Source: a virus
Reading direction: 5' to 3' (one strand)
Virus record (IMG/VR): IMGVR_UViG_3300020203_000404
Coordinates: 64,001 to 128,000 of that record
DNA: 64,000 nt
The notes beneath the pieces were generated by a model. It ran no database searches. It saw nothing but the letters and a program-made list of their open reading frames with translations, and was not told the DNA's origin. The stretch's first letter is position 1; each line of letters opens with the position of its first letter. Shown here one piece after another: positions 20,224 through 29,947 of this stretch. The translations under genes were made by a program, and so were the position numbers.

Positions 20224-21305
20224 TCAAAGTTCTTCACTATCTGCGTCACCTTGGGTTAGGTGGTACTGAAAAAACATGCCAACTCTTTTTCGAGCACGCT
20301 GACGTTAGCGAGTTTGAAGTAGCCGTAGTATACGACACTGGTGGCACTCATCCTCGTCGAGAAGAGTTTCAGAAGTCCGCCATGGTTTGTGGTGGCAAGT
20401 TGTACAGCGTAGACACGCACGGACACAGCAACGCAAACGAGTTGCAGGCTGTCATCGACGATTTCAAGCCTGACATCTTCCATGTCTACCGTAGCGGCTA
20501 TCACGAGTTTCCGAGTCCTGGACACCACATCCAGGTGCCACGCTTCGTAGAGACTAACGTGTTTGGCTTCTACGACGGTAATCCAAAGATTAACAAGTCA
20601 CTGTTCATGAGCAAATGGCTCATGCAGAACACCATCAAGCAGCTTGGTGTCAAGCCAGACCGCTTTGACTTCGTGAACAACCCTGTTGAGATGCCGTGTA
20701 CGGGCGACGTGCTGGCAATTAGTCAGCGTTGGAAGGCCGAGGGGGCGATTGTTGTGGGTCGCTGTGGTCGTCCAGACAACGGCATCTACAACGCAGTGAG
20801 TGTTGATGCTGTTCGCCTACTACGTATGGTGGGACACGACGTTAGGTTCTTGGTGGTTGCTCCGCCGTCCAACATGATCGACGATCTAGCACGCCATGAG
20901 ATCCCGTTCTACGTCATCGAACCAACAACAAGTCCCTTGGTTCTAAGCACATTCTATAACAGCGTGGACATTTACACGCATGCCAGAGCGGATGGCGAGA
21001 CCTTTGGCGTGAACATTGCTGAGGCCATGATCCATGGCAAACCAGTTATCACACATATCGCCACCCCAAGTGTGCCGGGTATGGGCGTGTTCCAGTCACA
21101 GACGGAGCTTGTAGACAATGGCCGTACCGGCTTTGTTGTGAACAACACTCCTGGCGAATATGCGGAAGCCTTGAAGGCCCTGATCGACGATGAGCGTTCT
21201 CGCAACATCATGGGTGAACTAGGTAGACGTAAGGCCCAAGCAGAATACGAGGTTGGCGTCTGTATGCACAAACTCGAAACCATTTACAGAGAGATAGTAT
21301 CATGA
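20220..21305 (+). CDS. GT4 glycosyltransferase
   Basis: LGLGGTEK; DIYTHARADGETFGVNIAEAMIHGKPVI; ELVDNGRTGFVV. Confidence 0.9.
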   Translation: MIKVLHYLRHLGLGGTEKTCQLFFEHADVSEFEVAVVYDTGGTHPRREEFQKSAMVCGGKLYSVDTHGHSNANELQAVIDDFKPDIFHVYRSGYHEFPSPGHHIQVPRFVETNVFGFYDGNPKINKSLFMSKWLMQNTIKQLGVKPDRFDFVNNPVEMPCTGDVLAISQRWKAEGAIVVGRCGRPDNGIYNAVSVDAVRLLRMVGHDVRFLVVAPPSNMIDDLARHEIPFYVIEPTTSPLVLSTFYNSVDIYTHARADGETFGVNIAEAMIHGKPVITHIATPSVPGMGVFQSQTELVDNGRTGFVVNNTPGEYAEALKALIDDERSRNIMGELGRRKAQAEYEVGVCMHKLETIYREIVS

Positions 21306-21781
21306 TGAGAACTGGTCGTCCTGCAACTAATCCCATAACACGCTTATTGAATAGAATCAATAAGTGTAGCGGAGTATTTGGCGAAGACGGCAAATACGAA
21401 ACAGAGTGTTGGCTCTATACGGGATATATTAACAGGCTTGGATATGGCACAGTTGGCATTCGACAGAGTTTTGTGCTCGCACACAGATTAAGCTACGAAT
21501 ATCATAGGGGTATTATTTCTAATAACTTATGTGTAGATCATCTATGTCGAATGCGTTCTTGTGTCAATCCAGATCATATGGAGCTTGTAACGCGAGTAGA
21601 AAATGTCATGCGTGGCAACAGTCTTCATGCTGTCAACTTGAGGAAAACACATTGTAGTCATGGTCATGAATTTACGTTAGAAAATACAGGCATAGATGGA
21701 CGCAATAGACGTTATTGTAAACTCTGTGCTCGCGATAGACGCCGCAAGTTTCAAGGATATCAAGGTCATGGAAAAGATTAG
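21302..21781 (+). CDS. HNH homing endonuclease (HNH_3 type)
   Basis: CWLYTG..GYG; AHRLSY; DHLCRMRSCVNPDHME; KTHC.HGH..RYC..C. Confidence 0.9.
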   Translation: MMRTGRPATNPITRLLNRINKCSGVFGEDGKYETECWLYTGYINRLGYGTVGIRQSFVLAHRLSYEYHRGIISNNLCVDHLCRMRSCVNPDHMELVTRVENVMRGNSLHAVNLRKTHCSHGHEFTLENTGIDGRNRRYCKLCARDRRRKFQGYQGHGKD

Positions 21782-22922
21782 AGTTGTACATCACGCGAAA
21801 ACTGTCGGATTTTCTGGCACGGACAGAACTTGTCAGTTATTTTGCAAGTACCTCGCCAAGAGCGAGAAGTACGAACCGTTTATCGTCTATCGCGAGGGCG
21901 ATCTGGCGAACAATCGTCTAGCTATTGTGAAACAATGGCTAGGCGATGACCACGTAATTCCATACCAATGGACCCCTGGAAAGAAGGGTCGGCAAGCCCC
22001 CTACCTGCCAGAGTCGGACAACCTCTACGACGTTTTAAAGCAGATCGACCCACAGATTATGCACGTCCATCGCAGCGGCTACACGGAATGGCCAGCCTTT
22101 CGCTACATGGCACCCAAGGCGAAGTGGATAGAGACTAACATCTTCGGCTTTAAAGATAATGCACCTGAACCGCAGATCGACGTTAACGTCTATATCTCCC
22201 AGTACATTCGCAGCACCGCCTTGGGTGCCGGTAGCGTCGATGGTCCGGTATTATACAACCCGATTGAAGTGCCGGTACTCGACGTTACGACAGAGAACAA
22301 GGAAGTATGTCGCGAACATCTTCTTTCAACTTTCAAGCTACCTCATAATGCAGTTATACTTGGACGTGTAGGTCGAGCAGACAACTTTGATCCTATCTCT
22401 CTAAGAGCGTTTAAGGCTATTGAAGATGTCTATTCGAACGCCTACTACATTGTTGTAAATCCTTGTCAGGGTTGGCACGATACGGTGCGTCAGCTAGGCA
22501 TTAAGAACGTTTGCTTTTCAAGCCCTATCGTCAAAGACGATGAACTGTCAAAATTCTATATGGGACTTGACATTTACGCTCACGCTCGTCATGATGGAGA
22601 GTGCTGTCCGTGCAACATCCAGGAAGCCATGATGCATGGTCTGCCGGTGGTGTCACACGAGAGTATGATCTATAACGGTCAGTCTGAGATCCTTGCTGAA
22701 AGTGGCTTTGTTGTTCCTGTTGGCAATCACGAAGCTTATCGTGACGTACTAATGCAGCTTATTGCCAATCCTGAACTCGCGACGGAAGACGAGAGGTCTA
22801 CTATTCGTCTACGACAGCACTTCGGTCGCGAAGCCCGTCGCCGTGCTATGCGACACTTTGAAGCAAGTACCGTGACAGGACAGTTGATGCAAATCTACGA
22901 TTGGACATTGGCAAACAAATGA
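21768..22922 (+). CDS. GT4 glycosyltransferase, paralog of 20220
   Basis: GTDRTCQLF, HRSGY, ETNIFGF, DIYAHARHDGE, EAMMHGLPVV all match the 20220 protein. Confidence 0.88.
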   Translation: MEKIRVVHHAKTVGFSGTDRTCQLFCKYLAKSEKYEPFIVYREGDLANNRLAIVKQWLGDDHVIPYQWTPGKKGRQAPYLPESDNLYDVLKQIDPQIMHVHRSGYTEWPAFRYMAPKAKWIETNIFGFKDNAPEPQIDVNVYISQYIRSTALGAGSVDGPVLYNPIEVPVLDVTTENKEVCREHLLSTFKLPHNAVILGRVGRADNFDPISLRAFKAIEDVYSNAYYIVVNPCQGWHDTVRQLGIKNVCFSSPIVKDDELSKFYMGLDIYAHARHDGECCPCNIQEAMMHGLPVVSHESMIYNGQSEILAESGFVVPVGNHEAYRDVLMQLIANPELATEDERSTIRLRQHFGREARRRAMRHFEASTVTGQLMQIYDWTLANK

Positions 22923-23587
22923 AAGTCATATCATTCTGTCTTTGGGGGAATGATCCAAAATATCTTGTTGGTGCAATGAAAAATATTGAACTCGCACGTA
23001 CACTATTTCCAGACTGGACCTGTCGTTTTTATGTTGGTCAGTCAGTACCGAGCGACACTATTAAGCAATTGCTTATCCCTAGAGATAATGTTGAGGTTGT
23101 TTGCGTGGATGAGCCGGGTGATTGGCGTATGATGTTGTATCGCTTTAGCCCTATCGGTGAAAATGATGTAGAAGTCATGATTAGTCGTGATTGCGACTCT
23201 CGTCTTTCTTTGCGAGAAAAGCTTGCAGTTAACGAGTGGTTGGCTAGTGACAAATCATTTCATACTATGCACTGTCACTTTCATCATTCGGTGCCGATAC
23301 TTGGTGGAATGTTTGGAATTAAAAAAGGACTGTTTTCTGAGCTGTCTCGACACGCTATTGAATGGGCTCAGGCTCGTGAATCTCGATGGCAGATTGATCA
23401 AGATTTTCTAAAGGAAATTGTCTGGCCTATTGTTAAGCACGACACTTTGAATCATGCTGACTTTCATACCAATATTTGGCCGGGTGTTCCATTTCCTACT
23501 CCAATGACGCCTGGATATTTTATTGGTGCCACATATGATGAGAATGATAATATTGACCCGGCACAACTCAGAGCTTTACATGGCTAG
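22919..23587 (+). CDS. Conserved hypothetical, putative GT-A glycosyltransferase
   Basis: KVISFCLWG..PKY..GA..N; SRDCDSR (DxD); PILGGMFG; DQDFL; island context. Confidence 0.55.
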   Translation: MKVISFCLWGNDPKYLVGAMKNIELARTLFPDWTCRFYVGQSVPSDTIKQLLIPRDNVEVVCVDEPGDWRMMLYRFSPIGENDVEVMISRDCDSRLSLREKLAVNEWLASDKSFHTMHCHFHHSVPILGGMFGIKKGLFSELSRHAIEWAQARESRWQIDQDFLKEIVWPIVKHDTLNHADFHTNIWPGVPFPTPMTPGYFIGATYDENDNIDPAQLRALHG

Positions 23588-23678
23588 AAAAGTGTGTGAT
23601 CCTCATGTCGTCTTGACGACAGAGAATTTATCAGAAAGAAAAGGAAGGCTTAAATGATCCGTAAGGGTTATTCATTCG

Positions 23679-24944
23679 ATGACTATAGATGAACACGGTT
23701 ATATTTTAGTGCATGACGGTATAGAATATCGCAGACAACATAGAGTTGTGATGGAGCAAGTATTGCAACGCCCATTGACCAATGTTGAACAAGTTCATTA
23801 TATTGATGGAGACAAATTAAATAATCTCGCCCATAATTTACATTTGTGTGCATCAGACGTTGACCATAGTGAATTACATAAACAATTAGAGTCCGTAGCT
23901 ATGCAGGCTGTAAAAAGCGGTTTTATTTTCTTTGATCGCTCGTCTGGACAATATAGATTACGATCTGATTTGATGCCACGCTCATTAGGTTTTGAAGATA
24001 TAGCAATTCAACAGTCATTTAATCAATGTCAATCTAGACTTGATGTAGATACAAAAAGCGAGATTTGTCGTGGCGTTTGGCTTAATGTGCCTTTGGTCGC
24101 CTCAAACATGTCTACTGTTGTTAATGCTGATTTTTGTATTTTACTTAGTAAATATGGTGCTATGGGCATTATGCATCGTGCCGCACCCGATGATATACTT
24201 ATACAATCTGCAAAATCCATGGCTAGTTACTTAGAGCATATTGCCGTTTCGGTTGGCGTCGGAGACGTTCAAGTGCAATTGGCAAAAAAATTAATTCGTG
24301 CAGGTGCAACTATAGTAGTTATTGATATTGCACATGGTTTTAGTTCTGGCGTGCTAGACACCGCCAAGGCCATCAAAGTATTTAGTCCAACAACAAAAAT
24401 TATTGTTGGCAATTTTGTTTGTCCAGAAGCTATACCATATTTTAATGATTATGTTGATGGTATAAAATTAGGTATTGCACAAGGCTTGGCATGTGAAACA
24501 AAAAATACTGCTGGCTGTACAGAGAAACAATTTTCTGCTATTGCTAAAATGACCGCTATATGTCGTGATTTTGGCATGCCAATGATCAGTGATGGTGGTA
24601 TTCGAGAACCCGCTGATTACACTAAGGCAATTGCTGCTGGTGCGAACGCTGTGATGGCCGGGTCTATTTTTGCTCGTTGTCCAGAATCAGCAGCAGAAAT
24701 TGTGCATGTTGATGGTGTGGCTAAAAAAGTATATGCCGGTATGGCCAGTCGTTACGTACAGGACAAATGGCGTGGTATGAAAGCCGGTACATGTCCCGAG
24801 GGCAGTGTTCGATATCTTGATATTGGAGAGTCAGTTGAAAAATTAATTGAACGATATCAGGGAGCATTACGAAGTGGCGTTACATATGCTGGCGGAAAAG
24901 ACATTCAGTCGTTTCAGGCCAATGTGAAATTTATTCGTGTATAA
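23679..24944 (+). CDS. HNH domain fused in-frame to IMPDH/GMP-reductase family enzyme (no CBS domains)
   Basis: aa 1-95: HRVVME...VHYIDGDKLNN; then PLVASNMSTV, GIMHR, IDIAHG, GIAQGLACET, SDGGIR, YAGMAS, PEG, LRSGVTY. Confidence 0.85.
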   Translation: MTIDEHGYILVHDGIEYRRQHRVVMEQVLQRPLTNVEQVHYIDGDKLNNLAHNLHLCASDVDHSELHKQLESVAMQAVKSGFIFFDRSSGQYRLRSDLMPRSLGFEDIAIQQSFNQCQSRLDVDTKSEICRGVWLNVPLVASNMSTVVNADFCILLSKYGAMGIMHRAAPDDILIQSAKSMASYLEHIAVSVGVGDVQVQLAKKLIRAGATIVVIDIAHGFSSGVLDTAKAIKVFSPTTKIIVGNFVCPEAIPYFNDYVDGIKLGIAQGLACETKNTAGCTEKQFSAIAKMTAICRDFGMPMISDGGIREPADYTKAIAAGANAVMAGSIFARCPESAAEIVHVDGVAKKVYAGMASRYVQDKWRGMKAGTCPEGSVRYLDIGESVEKLIERYQGALRSGVTYAGGKDIQSFQANVKFIRV

Positions 24945-24960
24945 ATAAAGGAGGCTATAA

Positions 24961-25290
24961 ATGTCAATAACTTTAACAGAGAGTGCTATTAAAGAATTAG
25001 ATCGTATTATGTTAGAACAGAATCTTTCAAAAAATACATGCCTTCGTTTAGGAGTGCGAGGAGGCGGCTGTTCGGGCTTTAGCTATATTTTAGAATTCGA
25101 TGACACTGTGAATGAAGTAGATCAAGTTAATGAACATGGCGGCATTACAGTTGTTTGTGATCCAAAGAGTTTTTTGTATCTTAGTGGTATGAGTGTTGAC
25201 TTTGAGAACACTTTAATGAATCGTGGTTTTAAGTTCATCAATCCTAACGCAGTTAAAAGCTGTGGATGCGGCGAGTCGTTTTCGGCATGA
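24961..25290 (+). CDS. iscA: IscA/HesB A-type Fe-S carrier
   Basis: LRLGVRGGGCSGFSY, NPNAVKSCGCGESF; AAGGAGG SD. Confidence 0.95.
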   Translation: MSITLTESAIKELDRIMLEQNLSKNTCLRLGVRGGGCSGFSYILEFDDTVNEVDQVNEHGGITVVCDPKSFLYLSGMSVDFENTLMNRGFKFINPNAVKSCGCGESFSA

Positions 25291-26159
25291 CAATGCGTAT
25301 TCTAGTTTCATACAGAGGAATTCCTCAGTCTCGTGGCTGGGCGACTGGGGATTGCGTCGTTCGTGCTTTTCAAGAACTTGGGCACGAAGCTGTTCCATAT
25401 GGTAACTACTATCAGACACAAGAGAGACTAGAGGGCTCACGGAAGGTCTTAGAAGAAGACTGGGACTTATTCTTATTTCTTGAATGCGGCGATGGCGATC
25501 CCGTCTATACAGAGCTAATGAATGTACGGTCACGCAAGCGAGCTAGCTGGTTTTTTGATGCCGCACTCTATCCTGATCGTTGGCGAGCAATCAATAACAT
25601 GTTTGGCTTTGATGTTAACTTTATGGCAAACGCCAATATGATCTACGATGGAATGTACTTGCCATACGCCGCCGATGAGAAGTTGCATTTTAGATCTTAT
25701 CAAGAAAAGGTTCGTGACTTTCTAATCATAGGTTCTGATAGACCAGAACGTCGCCACCTTTACAATCTAATTAGACAATATTGTCCGGCAGCAAGAACAG
25801 ATTTTTTGCATGGCGTGTTTAGAGAGCAGTACATTGATGAGATAGCTAGATCTCATTATGTTGTAAATGATGTTGCTGGTGGAGGGGGTGGTTTATTACC
25901 CATGAGATGCACCGAAACCATGGCGGCGTGTAGTGTGCTCCTCAGTGTACAAGATTCGGCCCTGCATACCATTGGCAATGATCTTGAGCACTTCATTTCA
26001 TTTCAAGACGAAAACCATCTCGTTGGCAATATTCCAAAAATGTTTTCTGTGGGAGAAAGTCTTTCCAAGAGAATTGCCACTCAGGGCCAAGAGCATTGCT
26101 TGAAGAACCATACCTACAGGAATAGATGTTCGGCCATTTTGACTAGGATGTTCCCGTAA
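25287..26159 (+). CDS. CgeB-like (Glyco_trans_1_2) glycosyltransferase
   Basis: LPYAAD; IGS.RPER; MRCTETMA; IATQGQEH..KNHTYRNR. Confidence 0.75.
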   Translation: MTMRILVSYRGIPQSRGWATGDCVVRAFQELGHEAVPYGNYYQTQERLEGSRKVLEEDWDLFLFLECGDGDPVYTELMNVRSRKRASWFFDAALYPDRWRAINNMFGFDVNFMANANMIYDGMYLPYAADEKLHFRSYQEKVRDFLIIGSDRPERRHLYNLIRQYCPAARTDFLHGVFREQYIDEIARSHYVVNDVAGGGGGLLPMRCTETMAACSVLLSVQDSALHTIGNDLEHFISFQDENHLVGNIPKMFSVGESLSKRIATQGQEHCLKNHTYRNRCSAILTRMFP

Positions 26160-26161
26160 TT

Positions 26162-26262
26162 ATTCCAGATAGTGCTGGACAAGATGTTGTTTCAAGTAAT
26201 CATATGTATGGGCACCGTTGTTCGACGATCTTAAAAAGTTGTTTCCACATGAAAGAGTCTGA
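26162..26262 (+). pseudogene. Remnant 3' end of a homologous CgeB-like GT
   Basis: Translates GQDVVSSNHMYGHRCSTIL versus upstream GQEHCLKNHTYRNRCSAIL; a one-base frameshift gives K-L-F-P versus upstream R-M-F-P. Confidence 0.7.
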
Positions 26263-26923
26263 CAAGATTAGTATTTTGGTTTGCTGTCACAGCAACGATC
26301 ATGAGCACGACATGCTTTTGCAAGCTGCTCTTGAGTCTTTAACTCGACAGACGTATCAAAATTTTGAAACTGTTTTAGTGCTTGATGAGTGTCGTGAAGG
26401 CACGAAATGGATAGCTGAGCCCTATAGGGATATTTTAAGTCTTAAGATTCATGAGCGTTCCCATAAGCAAGGCTTGGCAATGGCTAAGAACTTTGGTCTA
26501 GCTCGCTGTACGGGTCAATGGGTTGCCTACCTTGATGCTGACGACCAGTGGATGGATTGTAAGCTTGAACTGCAACGCAACTTCCTTTTAGAGAACGAGA
26601 ATACGGATTTTGTATTTTGTGAAGTATGGGATAATTATGCTGGTACGCTAACTCCTAACTGTTTCAAGATTGGGCAATACGAAACCCACGCGGCAATTGC
26701 TGCTGCGATGCCGCGTGAGAATGTTGTATGTCACGGCTCAGCGTTAATTCGTAAGTTAGCTATTGATTCTCTGGGTGGTTACAGTACCGACCGTTTACTA
26801 TTGGGTCGCGAAGACTGGGATTTGTGGCAAAGAGCTATCGCTAATGGATTTCATTTCTATAAAATACCAGAAAGATTGTATATTTATGGCATGGGAACTA
26901 GCGTTGTTCGTGGCGAAGTATAA
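26249..26923 (+). CDS. GT2 glycosyltransferase
   Basis: ISILV; ALESLTRQTYQNFE; GLAMAKNFGL; WVAYLDADDQW; EDWDLW. Confidence 0.9.
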   Translation: MKESDKISILVCCHSNDHEHDMLLQAALESLTRQTYQNFETVLVLDECREGTKWIAEPYRDILSLKIHERSHKQGLAMAKNFGLARCTGQWVAYLDADDQWMDCKLELQRNFLLENENTDFVFCEVWDNYAGTLTPNCFKIGQYETHAAIAAAMPRENVVCHGSALIRKLAIDSLGGYSTDRLLLGREDWDLWQRAIANGFHFYKIPERLYIYGMGTSVVRGEV

Positions 26924-27885
26924 TGAAATTACTTTATTGTGGACTAAGATTCAACTATGGCAAATCACTAGAGGGCGATAGCTACGAATATTGGAATTTT
27001 GAAGCTGGATTGAAGGAATTTTGCTTATCTCATAAAATAGAACTTCAAATTTATTATCCAGACTATTCTAATATTGCTGTTGACGAACTATGCACTACGG
27101 CATTTGATGCCATTATTCACTTTGCCTTTAATGAATCATTAGATTTGCCAGAGTGTATTGCTAAATTGGCATTAAAGCGTGATGTTCCCGTTATTCAATT
27201 TGATGCAGATTCAAGCTGGCGTTTCCAGAACTGGATCTTCCCGCGTCGTGACCGCGTGAGTCACTTTGTCACTACTCATTCTGCCACTATTCCTTGGTAT
27301 GAAAAGAATGGCTTGAAAGTTATTAAGTCACAGTGGGCTGGTTCCCCGGCGTATAAGGCGAATCCGTGGGCGTATATGTACGACGCTACGTTTGTTGGCC
27401 AGAAGCATGGTCAGATGCCGAATGGCAAATTTCTACGCTCAGAGATCGTGGATGCCATTATGAACGCTGGTATCCGCGTTGACATCTTTGGTAATTACTG
27501 GGATGGTTATGCCAACTGGCATGGCTACGCGAAGGACTTTGAAGAAGTGATTCGCGTATTCAATCAGTCGCGTGTCAATTTGAATCTGTCGAATCCATGG
27601 CATCATGGAACGATGCCACAGATTAAGGGCAGGCACTTCGAAATTCCTCAGTGTCAAGGGTTTCAGATTAGTACGCCAGCAGACGATCTTGAATCTTACT
27701 TTGTACCAGACAAGGAAATAGTCATTGCCAAAAACGTTCAAGAGTTGATTGAGAAGACACAATACTATCTTGCCAATCCAGAGGAGCGAGAGGTAATTGC
27801 TCAAGCGGGTCGTGACCGTATGCTTCGTGACCATCAATGGTACCATCGTTTCGAGTACATCTTTAAGGAAGTGGGATTGCTATGA
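26923..27885 (+). CDS. CgeB-like (Glyco_trans_1_2) glycosyltransferase
   Basis: YDATFVG; SRVNLNL; QIKGRHFEIP..GF; YYL.NPEERE.IA.AG..R..RDH.W.HR. Confidence 0.85.
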   Translation: MKLLYCGLRFNYGKSLEGDSYEYWNFEAGLKEFCLSHKIELQIYYPDYSNIAVDELCTTAFDAIIHFAFNESLDLPECIAKLALKRDVPVIQFDADSSWRFQNWIFPRRDRVSHFVTTHSATIPWYEKNGLKVIKSQWAGSPAYKANPWAYMYDATFVGQKHGQMPNGKFLRSEIVDAIMNAGIRVDIFGNYWDGYANWHGYAKDFEEVIRVFNQSRVNLNLSNPWHHGTMPQIKGRHFEIPQCQGFQISTPADDLESYFVPDKEIVIAKNVQELIEKTQYYLANPEEREVIAQAGRDRMLRDHQWYHRFEYIFKEVGLL

Positions 27886-28415
27886 GATTGAATCTAGCAT
27901 CACACGGCGACAACCGCGAAGGCTACGTCAACATTGATTACGATCATCCCTCGGCAGACCTCAAGGCCGATGTTTCGGCACTGCCGTACGAGGAAGATTC
28001 GGTAGATCAGATCCTGGCTTACCACATTCTCGAACACTTTCGAGCCGGTGAGTACGAGCCACAACTATCGAATCCGCTCAATCCCAAGACAGCAATGGCT
28101 GCTCTTGCTGAGTGGCGTCGAGTCCTGAAACCGGGCGGCACACTAGAGATCAAGGTGCCGGACTTCGAGAAGATCGTTTGGCTTTACTTCAACTTCCCTC
28201 AATGGGCCAGAGCAGAATCCAGCGTCAACGCTCCATTTGGTAGCTACTCGGATTGGGTTGTATCTAACGGGCAGCACCAGTGCTTGTTTGACAAGCGGGC
28301 TATGCAGCGACTACTAACCGTATGTGGCTTCACGAACATCACGTTCGTTGACTCGCCAGCGGTTGCCGTAATTGACAGAGCGAATTTAGAGATGTATGTA
28401 ATCTGCTCTAAGTGA
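27882..28415 (+). CDS. Class I SAM methyltransferase (type 11-like)
   Basis: RLNL..G..REGYVNID; LPY..DSVD.I.AYHILEH; EWRRVLKPGG.LEI.VPD. Confidence 0.85.
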   Translation: MRLNLASHGDNREGYVNIDYDHPSADLKADVSALPYEEDSVDQILAYHILEHFRAGEYEPQLSNPLNPKTAMAALAEWRRVLKPGGTLEIKVPDFEKIVWLYFNFPQWARAESSVNAPFGSYSDWVVSNGQHQCLFDKRAMQRLLTVCGFTNITFVDSPAVAVIDRANLEMYVICSK

Positions 28416-28783
28416 TGGTACGCACATACAAAACACTTGAGTTTGGTAGAGCTTCTGGCAATGAAGTATGGCGGTCATACATCGCTCGTGCCGCATCTAA
28501 GGGACTGGCTTGGGAATTGACACGCTGTGAATTTGATGCACTGATATCTCGATCATGTGTCTATTGCAGTAGACCTCCCGGCAACATCAAAAACAACGGC
28601 AGAAACTATGGCCATTTGTTTTACAATGGCATTGATAGAGTTGACAATCGTCTCGGATACATCAAGAGTAATGTAGTCTCGTGCTGTGCCATCTGTAACA
28701 GAGCTAAAGGCACGCTCACCACACAAGAATTCGATCTATGGATTCATGATCTCATGCGAGTACAACATGGACTACCAAACTAG
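28412..28783 (+). CDS. HNH/Zn-finger endonuclease lacking N-terminal domain
   Basis: CVYC...NGIDRVDN..GY..SNVVSCC.ICN.AK. Confidence 0.8.
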   Translation: MMVRTYKTLEFGRASGNEVWRSYIARAASKGLAWELTRCEFDALISRSCVYCSRPPGNIKNNGRNYGHLFYNGIDRVDNRLGYIKSNVVSCCAICNRAKGTLTTQEFDLWIHDLMRVQHGLPN

Positions 28784-29402
28784 ACGCGACAATCACGACT
28801 TCATGACCGAAGAGCACATCTCGGTGTTCCTACGTAATCACAACACGGGCACGAACAATCGTGGTCGTCATCGCTTGGCGTCCCTACTTTTTGAATACCA
28901 ACAACCGACTGTGTTAGACGTTGCCTGTGGTTCTTGTGTCAACTGGGAAGTGTTTAAGGGACGCGGACTCGACTGCCAGTACACTGGCTTGGATCGCACT
29001 AAGAAGATGCTGGCTCACGCTCAAGCACTCTACGGCGACGAAATTAAACTACAAGAAGGCTTCATCCAGAGTCTTCCATTTCAAGATAGTGCGTTTGATA
29101 TAGTAATCGCCAGACACATAATTGAGCACCTTGGCGAAGGCTATGAACAGGCGATTAAGGAAGTCTATCGTGTTGCTTCCAAAGAGGCAATCATCGTTCT
29201 GTTCGTCGATCTAGCCAATGGGCCAGACGACGAAATCAAGGAGTCGGATCCCGACGAGAACGGCTGCACTTACTTCTGGAACACCTACGCTCACGATAAG
29301 TTCATGACTTTTCTTGGCACATTGGGATGTCAAGTCAAGGTGGAGTATGTGCGTACGCCCGGTGCTGCTGCTAATGATACGATCATTCGACTTATCAAAT
29401 AA
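28767..29402 (+). CDS. Class I SAM methyltransferase
   Basis: VLDVACGS; YTGLD; LPFQDSAFDIVIARHIIEHL; EVYRV. Confidence 0.88.
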   Translation: MDYQTRRDNHDFMTEEHISVFLRNHNTGTNNRGRHRLASLLFEYQQPTVLDVACGSCVNWEVFKGRGLDCQYTGLDRTKKMLAHAQALYGDEIKLQEGFIQSLPFQDSAFDIVIARHIIEHLGEGYEQAIKEVYRVASKEAIIVLFVDLANGPDDEIKESDPDENGCTYFWNTYAHDKFMTFLGTLGCQVKVEYVRTPGAAANDTIIRLIK

Positions 29403-29947
29403 TGCACAAACGAATTCAAAACCTTGACGGCAAGAAGTTTGGTAGCTTGACGGCTACTAACATAACTCGTAAACGTCGTAATAGAAAATTGCAGCGTCTA
29501 TGTCATTGTGATTGTGGGCAAGATTCTTGGGTCGAGACAAATGCCTTGATAAGCGGCGGCACCAAAAGTTGTGGCTGTAAGCAAGGCGGTGGTAGAAAAT
29601 TGTCTTTTGGTACCGCCTCAAGAAATGAAGTCTTAAGAAATTACAAAAGCAGTGCTAAGAAACGTGCTCTTGTTTGGAAAATTACCGACAAAGAGTTTGA
29701 CGAGCTAACAAGTGGCATATGTCATTATTGTGGCTCGCCACCCTCTAGAGTCAAACATACTGGAAGAAATTATGGTGACTTTGTTTATAATGGTATTGAT
29801 AGTGCTATAGGATATACTGTCAAAAATGTTGTCCCTTGTTGTACGCTATGCAATAGAGCTAAAAACACCATGAACTATATTGATTTTATTCATTGGATTG
29901 ATAATATCAGGACGCACAATCGTTTGGAGGTTGTATATGTTTCATGA
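29402..29947 (+). CDS. HNH/Zn-finger endonuclease with 3-aa active-site deletion
   Basis: GKKFGSL..CHCDCG..SCGC N-terminus; CHYC; NGIDSAIGY lacks the R-(V/I)-D of the paralogs; CCTLCNRAK. Confidence 0.75.
   Translation: MHKRIQNLDGKKFGSLTATNITRKRRNRKLQRLCHCDCGQDSWVETNALISGGTKSCGCKQGGGRKLSFGTASRNEVLRNYKSSAKKRALVWKITDKEFDELTSGICHYCGSPPSRVKHTGRNYGDFVYNGIDSAIGYTVKNVVPCCTLCNRAKNTMNYIDFIHWIDNIRTHNRLEVVYVS

Noticed and set aside
23654-23998. Group I intron in the IMPDH gene
   Set aside because: The interval is almost entirely HNH coding with no room for a ribozyme core, and the junctions do not fit U|...G| boundaries.
24940-24947. T4-type late promoter TATAAATA
   Set aside because: Single copy overlapping a stop codon in AT-rich sequence, in front of a non-structural gene.
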